The notes beneath the pieces are model-generated. The model was not told the DNA's origin, did no database searches, and worked only from the letters and a program-made list of their open reading frames with translations. DNA of 64,000 bases, taken from positions 12,090,001-12,154,000 of the forward strand of contig OZ059897.1 in assembly GCA_964057225.1 (NCBI GenBank), in the 5' to 3' direction. Both the position numbers and the translations under genes were made by a program. Positions 1-12,100 of the stretch are shown one piece after another. This DNA comes from Auanema rhodensis (Eukaryota; Animalia; Nematoda). The stretch's first letter is position 1. Each line of letters opens with the position of its first letter.

Positions 1-822
1 GAATTGAGATTGAAAATGACAATATTTATAATTTATTTTATGTTATAATCTATGTATATTCTATTTATATATTTATAGAATATACTCAGAATATAAAGTA
101 AAAGAGAATCACAAAGTTCAAAGAAATGGAAAGATAGTTTATGAACATTTCAGATATAAGAAAGGTGCAAAAGGTGACTTAGAATAAAGCGAATGTCTGC
201 TGATTTCACCGAAGTTTTTGTAAAAAAAAAAGAAAATTAAAGAAGAATAATTAAAATTGTTTGAAGAAAATATGAAAATATCAATAAAAAAACATTAATA
301 TATATATGTATGTATATGTATATAGTTATTCATATAAGAATAACTTTCAAAAATCATATTATATTAACATTTGATTGCTGAGCACAATTAGGCACGGGCA
401 TCACAGTTGAGAGACATCTTGGTTGTTTTGTAATGGGTAAAATTGGGAAGGATTGAAGGAAAAAACAGATAAACTTCAATAGACTAATTTAAAAGATTTG
501 TCTTATGTAGTAGTTAAGTTATTTTCAATTCTAAACTTTAAGTTTTATAAATTTTTTTAAAATTTGATAGAAAAGAAGCTAAAGAATGGAGCTATATTTG
601 AATTATATTGTGGGGATTGGGAGTGGAATAGGGAGGAGTTTGAGAAGTACCCAAATCTTCTAAGAGAGCTATAACCATAATTCTCTGACAGGACTACAAA
701 TGATATAACTATATCTATACAGGAAAACAAATAAAATAATAATAATAATAATAATAAAAACAAACAAACAAAAAAAATTTTTTCACAAATTTGATTTGGA
801 AAAAAATTCTTTTTTTTTTTTC

Positions 823-3800
823 TCAATTATTATTATTGTTCAGATAATTTCGAATTGATGTTTCCATTTTTTGACGATGTGCAATTCGTGTTACACCTAA
901 TTGGGTAAAAGCTGTTCTATCAAATTTGGATAATGCACATCCAGATATACGTCGAGATCGGAATGCATCACGGTACTCTGAGAGACCAATGGCATCAAGC
1001 CATGAAATTACTTCTCCACAACTCCAATCTATCAAGTCCTTCCGCTTAAATGAACAATTGTCCGCATCTAAAAAAATATAAACATGAAAAAACTTTCAAA
1101 AATTTCATTTAAAAAGTTAAATTTTTTTAAAATTTAAAATTTTTTTATAGGTTATTATAGTTTTTAAAAGAAATATCTATTGGATTTATCAAAATTAACA
1201 TAAAAGTTCTTGTCATCTACATGGTTTTTCATGAAAAAATAGGGTGCAGGTGTGTGAAATACCCCACATTTAACACCAACAGTTGAAAGGAAAGTAGAAA
1301 GTAACCCTAAGGATAGAATGACCAATAAACCATTTTAGGAAATAATTTCAGCTAGTATAGAGGAGAAGTACTACGTGCTCACTTCTAAATTCACCGTCAG
1401 AATCTCCGGTTCCAGAATCTGGATCATCATAATCCACAGGAGGCAGTATCGGTCGTATAGCTTTGTTTGAAGCTGAATCAGCTGAACATCCGGATAGTGT
1501 TGATAGAGAAGAAGTGACAGACATCTAAATCACCATGCACCACATTATATAGTAAAAAGAGATAGAAAAAAGTGGAAAAAGAAGTTCATGCAATAGTAGG
1601 GTAGGAAGATTAGAATTTTCTTTTTTTTCTTTTATTTAAAAGAAAAAAAAATTAAAATTTAGTTTTCTTATGTTTATCATGCTGATATTAGATTAATAGT
1701 ATTTCAAATACATAACTGTTAAACTCATATCATCAAACATTCAAATCTAATTTTCTTTTAAAATATTTAACTTACATTATCAATATTTTTACGACCATAA
1801 CTATCTTCAATATGTTGAGATATTAATGTAACTTTATGTCCAGATGAATGATCTAATGAGAAATGTGGATGATGATTATCATTACTACGTTCATCACATT
1901 CAGAAGGCTCCAACGATGTTCGTGAAGATGTATACCTACAATCAGTTCAGTTTAATGAACAAAATGAAAATTTTCTAATAAATATCAAATGATGATGTCA
2001 CGAACCCGCTATCTTTCTTTTGAGCAATACCCGGTGGAGAATGTTGTTTACTATCCTGTTTGCTTTGAACATTTTCTCGAACTGATTCGCGTAACGATAA
2101 ACCACCAAATTTACTGTAAATAGGTAATATTGTTTTCATTTCAATAGAATTCGTTTGAAACCTGTTCATATCATCTCGTCGTTCTTCTTCATCATCATCA
2201 TGGGCTACTTTACTTCTACGTTTTGCCAAAGCATTTCGAAGATCCGTTTGAAAATCTGGTTGACCTGGTCCTGGTCGCTCTCTTTCCTTTTCAGCCACTT
2301 GAACCTTTCTTAACTGAGTTGCTTGGCTTTGAAGGGCTGAAGCCAGAATATTTCTCATAGGGGTTGATGGCAAAACTGGTGCACTAGATGATGTTTTCAT
2401 CATATCAGGTGGAGGAGGTGGAGGTGGCGGGGGAGGAGGAGGAGCAGCTCCAGAAGAACCTAAAACTTAAAATTTATAAAAACACTATAGAATTATGATT
2501 AAAAATATATGAGAATAAACTTTCAAACTCACCAGGAGGGGGTGGTGGTGGAGGAATGTTTGATACACTATGACTTATGGCGGGTGAAGATGTTGAATGT
2601 CCTAATCTCGTATTGGAATGGAAATTTTGTGGTGGAGGAGGAGGAGGAGGAGGGGGGGCAGGAGTTCTGAAAATATTCATTTAGATCAATATCAATTTAT
2701 TTTATTTCTTTGGTTAAATCTGAATTATGATACAGTACCTGTTAGAAATTTGATTAGCAAGTGGAGGGGGTGGTGGGGGTGTTTTGGGACGGGAAGCTGG
2801 GCGAAATGGTCGTGAATATTCGGAGTCATCCATGCTACCTCTGAAGGATTATGATTTGTATTAACAGGATAAAACGTGTGCTAATCAGATGTGACCAAAA
2901 ACTGTTTTTCTAAAAACGTACCGCCTTAAATCCAATGTAGGCAAAGGTGTTGGAGAATCTTCATCCATCGAATCAAACGAATTCATATTAGCTATATCAG
3001 GTGATGAAGTATATGTCTTCAATGAGCTACCGTAGATGTTTTCTTGTAATGGAGCCTGAATATGATATGTTAGAAATATAAAAATGAATATATCAAATAG
3101 TATTTTCTAATATACCTGATACTCATAGTTGGTACGTGGTAATCCACTCAACTGAGGTGATGGAGCACAGCGTTGTTGCTTCCTTCGTTTCATATCAGAT
3201 ACTGAATTATATTTCTTTGGTCCCTGTGAACTAATAGATTCCTATAAAGATATATAATAATATTATTATAATGTTGTTTCCCTTCGAACCTGATCGTAGG
3301 GTAATGGCTGATACTGCTGACCAGCAGCCTGTCGAACCATTAAGCTTTCTAGTTCAGCAGCTGAAATACGCCGGCCGACAGTCGAACGATGTTTAACTGA
3401 AGCACATCTAGCTTCGCCATACGTTCCTCTCATTTGACCAGCAGCATAATAGTCCTCTTGATCACCTTAACAAACAAATTGATGAATCATGAAGATAATG
3501 GGGAATGTTAATATGATTGTCATCGAGTTAATACTCTAAGATTTTGCGAAAAGTAACACAAGTTTGTGATAATTTTACACAAAAATAGTAGAAGGAAGAA
3601 GGTAGAAACTAGTATGGGGAGAGTTAAAATAGAATAGATCCAACTTCTAATAAGCTTCATCAAACTATTTTATTTAATTAATTTGTAGGTAAGTTTGTAA
3701 AAATATAAAAATAAATTTATAATCATGCTTTAATATTATTATTTACCTAAAAATCCATATAGACTTTGACTTCCTCGCAATGATAAGCTGGTGGATGGAT

Positions 3801-6800
3801 GACGAATAGGTGGTGGTGGAGCAGATCGTCCAACTGAAAACCCCCATAAGATAAACAAAAACAATTATTGTAAACAGAGAAATATGGAAAAAAGTTAGAA
3901 TATAACATAGGCATTTCTGATAGCTAATTAGAAATGAAGAAAATTAGTAAGAAAATTAAATAACTGGAAAGAGTATTCACCTGAATGGTGTCGTCGGTTT
4001 ACTGTTCCACCAGCAATAGAGCCTTCAGAATCTATTGTAATGACCTGAACAATAAATATATTATACTGTATAATACCTGAAACAAACCTTAAGTGTAATA
4101 GTATCTCCTGCTTGTTGTATGAGATGAACAACTTGCTCATGGCTGGCACATCGAACATCTATGCCATCAATTTCCAGAAGATAATCGCCTGGTCGTAATC
4201 CTGCACGCATAGCCATGCCGGACATATCAACGCCTTCGAAGAATTGAAGAGCTGGAGTCAATGGTGTGGGCTCAAATTCCATAGCAGTATTTACATCTGA
4301 AGATAAGATATCTGATTATACATAGTGGAAAGTGATAACTAACGTTTAGCTCCACGTAAAATGAAACCAAATCCTTTAGGACCCCGTGGAATCACCAAAA
4401 TTCTTGGAGTGTTTGGTTCATGTCCGGGCGCCATACTTTTCATAACATCAGGTGCATATCGTCTCATAGTGCCGTATTCTGATGGGGTAACGGTAGTACG
4501 ACTAGTTCGCGATGGCGAAGGTGAAGGTGGAATCTGAATAGAGATAAACTGGATGATTTGCAACAGAGTTATAGAAATTGGGCTACAGCTTCAAGCACTT
4601 ATCCTCACATAGTAGGTGTTACACTTTTTTATTTCGCACTTTCAAGCTGCTTCTATGAACCATACTTACCACTAGTGGAGGCCGTCTAGGTCCCTGAGGC
4701 GTTCGGTAAACGTCCTGACTGCTACACAAGGAAGACTGGCTGAGGGAGCGACGTCGCGAGATGGTTGAGGATAGACGACGTCGAGTGGAATACTGGGGAG
4801 TGCCGCGATACGGAACTGAAGAGAAGAAGCATCAATTAGAACCATATAAAGACAGAACGATGTAGAATAAAGAAATCGTCCACCACTTCCAGCTTATGCT
4901 AGAAGGAGGAGAACAACACACAAGTGAATAAGAATGAAAGAACGAAGTGTGATGATGACGATGATGAGGATGACAACATCGTCAGATTTAATATATTGAC
5001 TTCGCGCCAACATGAACAACGATTTGACATATCTCATCGTCAGCATCATCACAGTGGAAGTTTGTCATTTCACATGCAAAGAGATTTATGAAAACTAACC
5101 GGAGGCAGTTGGATTGTGAGTTCCGATTACTTCAGCCACAGCTAAGTTTCCAACAATATGGGCCACGTGTAAAGCTGTTTGACCTTGTTTGTTGGCTATG
5201 AGATGATTTCCACCTCTGAACAACAATACACGAGCGCACTCAGGCCTAAATATAAAATAATCAGAAGTTAAAGGTTAATTTTAAAAATTTCTCTTACAAC
5301 CAAGTTTTCAATGAAAAAAAAATTAAAAACAAAAGTGTTTTGAAGAGCTAATTATCTGTTCACGTGTAGCATCACGTGAAAAAATATGATTAGAATATCA
5401 ATATATCTCATTTCTTATACTAATATTGAGCTGAACGGTTGTTTATATTATATATTATAATCACATATTTATTATAATTTATTTGATCATGCTTCTCAAG
5501 CATGAGATAAATAATTTACCTGTTGTTAACAGCACAAACGTGAAGTGGAGTGTTTCCGTTCACGTTCTCGACATCAACATCAGCTCCGTAATACAATAGA
5601 TGTTCTACGTGTTTAACCAGTCCGTTCTTGCAAGCCTATAAAACAATTTCATTTAAATATTATTTTTCTTCAGAAAAATCAATTAATTTTTGATCTGAGG
5701 TCGGCCGTTATAGGAAAAGTCTACAAATGATTTGATGGATGATCTATATGTTTGAAAGAAAACAAATGGAATACGATTTATATGAGAGAAAAAAAAAACA
5801 AACAGGTCACTCAAACAAACCGAACCAATTATGCTTTGGCCTTAATTCCGAAATAATTAAAATTTTAAACGAATGTATGCAAAGAGAAAAGAAATAAAAA
5901 AAGGTTATGTACATTGAAAATTGTTCTATTAATAATTGAAAACAGAACAATGTTGGTAGTAAAGCTACGCTTGAGGTTGAGGCTAGAGGGGCTTGTATTC
6001 TATGCTGGCACGCATTCAAATTTGTTCGCTTCCAATTGTGATTTCTGTGTACATAGCCGTTGAAAAGGTGTGAGAAGAAGAAGAGAATGATGGAAAAGTA
6101 AAATAATTGTTTATAAGGTGTAGATGAAGAATGAACTATAATAGGAGAGAGAGAGAGAGAAAGAGAGAGAAATCTATAGTATGATGAACCTTACGAGGCA
6201 ACCGAGAGATATAGCAAGAAACAGTAAGATGGATCGAGCAAAAGAGAAAGAGAGATATTATAATCTATCTACACACATGAGGTTTGGTTGCTCTTCTTTG
6301 TACTTCCTAATCCTAATCGTATAGTCTAGCTTACATATATGTTGAACGAAAAGTTAAGTTCAAAAGGTTGGAATATTTTAAAGTGGAAATGTATTTGAAT
6401 TTATGAGCATAGTTTTGACTTTTATGAAGAAAAAGAAGAGAATGATAAAGAGGGAGAGAGAGAGAGATTAGAATTGGAATACAAATTGTAGATACAAGAA
6501 GCGCATAATCAAAGAGAATCTGAAGAACACATCACTAAACAGTTGATGATGAATCACTTGTATGTTCTACATCAGAATATGTTGTGTTTATGTGAATTCT
6601 TTGATTTTACCAATGCCCCTTCACCTTATATCATCATTAAAGTGCCCTGAGGCGACCAAGTGCCACTTGAGCCGAACAATCCAACCTCATGTTCGATTAG
6701 TCAAGAATTCCAATTATTGAATTATTTACATTTTATTTTATTAATAAAACGATTGCTTCTAAACGAATTTTCTTGCTTTCATCAGACATATGGTCATGGG

Positions 6801-9146
6801 CTACCTGTCCACTGTTAGCTTCCCTCACTTTCAATTCATTTTCAAATTTTTTTTGTGGCAGAAAGATGAGATTCTGACTTTTTTTTGTTGAACAAAAATA
6901 AAACAATAACATCATTTTGATTATTGGCGGAAAAAATGAAAAAAATGTTTTTTTTTATGTTTGTTTTATTTGCATAAGTAGTACATATAGAATTTCGTTA
7001 AACTAAAATTATACAATATAATATACAATAAAAACATTTTGTTCTTTTGTATATTTCATATCAATTTATTGTTTTATTTTATTTTTTTATGTCAAAAACA
7101 TTTCTCAAGATTTCAAATAAGTTATAGATGCTGCAAGTCAAATAAATTTGACGGACAGACAGATAGACAGAAAGCTAATGAGAAAAGAGATCTAAGAGAA
7201 TAGCTGGACAGCTACCCTGACCAGCCTATTTCTCTTTTCCTTCAGTGGGTAAGACCGGATTTCAACCTCTTCCATGTTTTTATAGAAGATGGAATGATTT
7301 AACTGGCAGGCTTCCGAATCATCAAATGAATTTCATTTCTTATGCGAACATGCTTGTTCAAAAAAGAAAACGAGAAATTTAATGAATTTCAGAAATAAAA
7401 AAAGATGAAGTAACTTCAACAAACTTTTAAGTTCAATATAAAATCAATTAAAAGAAGAAAATCATTAATGATTTAAAGAATGAAATAAAAATGAAAAACT
7501 TAAAGCTATGCTTACCTGATGAATCTCATGATTTCCATGCATATCCGTCACACCTATATCAGCTGCTTCTCTCATAAGCATTTCAGCTACCTATAAAGAA
7601 ATAATTTAAAAATATCATAATATTATATAATAATCATACAGTATCATTTGAATCTGTTGTAAGCATGTTATAATAGAGTGGAGTCAACCCAATTGGATCC
7701 CGATAGTTAGGTGAAGCACCTAGTTCTAATAATGTTTTCAAATTATCAACAGATGACAAAAATGCTGCTTTATGCATAGCCGTCTGAAAAATAAAAAAAG
7801 TCATAAAAAAATAAATTTATAAGTTTTATACTTAAAAATTTCAAAAAAAAAGACGTATGTCGTACATATATGTCTATATATATATATATATATATAATAT
7901 AAATTCAAACTTATGTACATAGATGGACATATAAAATGAACAATTTCAAAGATGTTTTCATGTAAACATTCCAAAAAACAGTGCAAACCTGTCCCTCTGA
8001 ATTTCGGAAGTCAATATGAGCTCCACCACCAACTAGAGCAACAAGAACAGCCCGATTTGACGTTACTCCAGCTGCCAATGTTAATGGAGTTTCTCCCTAA
8101 AATAATATTCTTAATAAATAATTATATAATAATAATAATAATAAACAATACAATTCAGAGATTATATTTATTTTTAAAAATTAATAAATTATTTTAGAGA
8201 TAAAAGCAGAAAAATACCTGAGCATCATGAAAATTGGCATCCAGCCCTTGTGTACACAACTTTTCGACCTTTTCAGCATTCTTCGTTTGGACATATTCCA
8301 TAAACTTTTTTAAATTTGACTAAAATAGGAAGAATGAACCATCATTGAGAAGGATTAGAGCTAGTTGAGTTATTACCTTTGTGTGCAAATTTTTGAGTTG
8401 TTTCTCATCCAGATTCAACATTTTATAGACCCGTTTTTTGTATTTCAGCTGAAATTAAAATTTTTATTTAAAAGTTCAAAAAAGAAAATCAAGTTTTTTA
8501 GATTTAAGAATCAAATCAATTTTTTTCCAATTCTTGTATTTGGCTTCATAATAACGTTTAGAAAATCAGAAGGCTGTCAAATGATGACAGCTTAGTCTGC
8601 CGAGAATATTGACCAAATTTAGATGTATTGATACTATTGACAGTTCTTATACTAATAAGCTAACTATATATATAAATAATATATTCAAAAATAGGAATAA
8701 CTAACCTCTAAGTATGGAACACAATCGTGAAACGGATAGTCTTTAACACACCGATCTTCCAACAAAAATTTGCCGGCTCTACCATCACATGGAGGTAAAA
8801 ACAAACCATAGTTGAAAGCTTGGGGCAGAGCCTGAACAAATCAATAAAATAAAAAATGTATAAGTTCAAAGTAATAAAAACATAAAAAGGAACAAATATT
8901 GAAATCATGAAAAGCTTTAAGTATTACCTGTGGAAGAGTTGCTAACAGTTTTCGTTTTACGTCCCAAATAAAATCACCATGACCTACAGTCAAACATTTC
9001 TAAAAATAAAATAAAAATATTTGATTTTATGTGAATACATATATGCATTTAACATATAAAAAAGTAATATAATTTGAAATACTTACACGAACTTGAAGCT
9101 CAGGAACGAAAATTTGAATATTAATAGAGTCGTCGTCAGGTTCCAT
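823..9146 (-). CDS. shn-1: Shank family postsynaptic scaffold (N-terminal FERM/SPN domain, ankyrin repeats, PDZ, proline-rich region, SAM); multi-exon
   Basis: Spliced translation starts [20 protein letters not shown]|[19 protein letters not shown]..|[31 protein letters not shown]|LKYKKRVYK (Shank N-terminus). Ankyrin repeats follow ([32 protein letters not shown]), then the PDZ ([36 protein letters not shown]) and a C-terminal SAM ([31 protein letters not shown]). No SH3 exon was seen, as expected for nematode SHN-1. Confidence 0.96.
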
Positions 9147-12100
9147 GGTTACCTTGTCAAGTTAATAAGCTATTCAAGTGGTAACCATTACCAGAAGATT
9201 AACAGATCTGTAAGTCATAAGGTTAAACAACTATAAGCAACATAAAAACATGACGATTATAAAAAGAAAATTATAAAAAGAAAAAGATAAGCCTAAAATT
9301 GATAGAATATGAGGGAAAAGAGTCAGACGAGTACATAAATAATTATATAAACAAGTTTGTTTGATTGATAACGACCACGAAAAAATAATAAAAATAAAAA
9401 GAAACGAGCTTCAATAGCTTATTTGAAACTTGACCAACATTAGAATAGATTCACTGATTTACCAACATTTTGATTAAAACAACTTCTGGTTAATGAAAAC
9501 AGATGAAGAGGACTATCATAACGAGAATGACAACGATGATGATGATGATGAGGATGATGATGATGACGGAGAAGACGATGCTGAAGACGAAGCTGAGATG
9601 ACAACGACGACGGAAACGATAAAGAAGCGCATAGCAAACATGAATCATTTGGAATAGAAAAACAAACAGATTAGAAAGTAGAAAACGCATGAAAACGCTG
9701 AGGCAACCATCTACCGACTCTCACTTAGTTTTCTTTCCATCTTTCTTTTCCTCTCTCTCTCTTTATTCCATAGTTGACCGCTTGTCTCTAGATGTGTATG
9801 TTCGTCCCATCTTCATACGGAGGGATCATGACGTCAGGTAAGTTCTTCCGACATCACCAAGCATCATCGTCTGAATCAACAAATTTATCGCCGATGGCAA
9901 TATTACACGACTGTTGAAGCTTCTTCCTCGTTCACTTTGTTTTCACCTGTCTCTCATAGATACAACTTCGTTTTGCTTACTCTCGTACAGAAATATTTTT
10001 TCATAAAGAAAAGAGTAAATGGAATGGAAATATGAATAAGGCGAAAAAACAAAGATGAACATTGAAGTTAAGCAAATGAAATACAATTCCTTTACATGAT
10101 GAGAAAGGTGAAGAAATCTAGAATAACAGAAAATATATTGATAGAGTTAAAAGAATTGAAATAAAGAGAAAAGAGATAATAATAATAAGTGAAATAACGA
10201 ATAAAAAGTTTATTAAACCTCGTAACTTACGAGATAGAGAAGTACGGATTGAACATGATGATGACCGAACAAGAAGATAAGTGAATCCGGAGAAGTTTAT
10301 GTGAATTTGATGGTAAGACGAATAATGAATGAAGCTAATTTCAAAGTGGATTCGAGCTATTTATAAACTGGATGGCAAGTATTCAGGAAGGAACGATTGA
10401 ACACTTGATTTGAACAATACTTCAAAACGTCTATTATTAGTAGTAAGTGAGGAGAAATGATTAGAAGACAAAGAGAAAAGACAAAAGTATGAGCCAAAGT
10501 AAAAACTTTAAAAAGAAAAATCCGTTTGAATTGAAAAATTGGTAATAATAGATAGAAAGATGTATATGATGATTATAGAATAAAACAGTAGAGAAGAACG
10601 AAATAACTGATATATCAGGACGATAAGCATTGGGAAAATCAAAGTGATTCGAATATGTGTAAAAATACATATAATGAATATAATAATATAATATATTTAT
10701 ATATTTATATAGTAATATATTTTGATTATAATGAAATCAATAAAATCAATATGTAGGATTAAAGATTTCCATTTTGAGAGCTCCAGCTAGTAGTGTGAGA
10801 CAGAAGGATCAGTGACAGCGATGAAATAGGACAATTAAGGTTTGAGGAGAGATAGCGAACCAAGAGAAACAAAGATACTGAAGAGAGAAGAAAAATAGTT
10901 GAGAGAAAGAAATGAATAGACAGAAACTTGAAGAAGACATTGTGCCTCATGATGGAGCTACTGAAGCTCTGAAGCAATATAACAACCACGATAGAGAGAG
11001 GTAGAACTGTACGAGAAGAGATTCAAGCTTAGAGATAGTGTAAGTCAGATAGAGTGCATTACACGAGAGACAGGTATGTCGATCTTCTGACGGTCCGTTA
11101 GACGGACGGCTGAGGAACGGACGGACAGCAAACAATACAATATGAAGGACCGGTCAGATGACGACAAGAGAAGCCTAAAGAATGCAGACAGTAGATATGT
11201 ATGAGATTCAGAGAAAAATAGGGAAGAGAGATCGGAACATAGACATGCTACAGCCGGATGGATGACAGACCCAGAAAAAAAACCAAGAAGGAGCTGTAGT
11301 GATGTTTCTGCTGTTGCTGTTGCTGCTGTTGCTGCATAACAGACAGACCTCGATGGTGACGACGGCGTCTAGCTGGACCTGATGGACGACGGACGGGTCT
11401 TCTGGTTGATTCGTCGTCACGTGTCAATATGATTTTTCAAAAGAAAAGAAACGATTATAAGGAAAAGTTTCTTCACCGGAAATTTCCGGAAAATACATTT
11501 AAAAGCTCAACGTCGGAAAAGTAAAGATTATGAAAGACGGTAGCTGAGAACAGCAGTAGGAGACAAAAAAGTGAAAAAAAGCTCAAATTAACAGAATAGG
11601 AAGGCTAGTTTTGGCGCAGAAAAAAGGTTTAGATGCAGAAAAAATGGAAAATGAGAAAATGCATCGACTGAAAGTTCATTTTAGATTAGAAGGGGGAGAA
11701 TTCGACTTGCCATAATAGTCTCTGTACTTTAAGAAAAAAATGAAAAAAAAAGTGAAACAAGAAGAGAAACAGGAGTTATTTAAGAATTTTTGGTTGAAAA
11801 AAAGGAGATTCTGTGCAAACGATGTCAAACGATGGAGCATCAGAAATAAGGGCTAAAGAGTGTTGTGTGTGTAACTAAGCTAAAAAAAGGAAAAATAGCG
11901 TTGAAGAAGGAAATTGTTTATAATAGCTACAAGAACAGTCAAGCACCTGGTCGAAAGATGAGAAAGATGGAAAGGCAAGGTGAAAGGATCGTCCTTATTT
12001 GGAACAATAATAATATAGGAGAATAGGATACAAGATCCAAATGGCATTATTAGCAGTTCTTTTCAAGTTCTTCATAAACTATTATCGATATTATGGTTAT

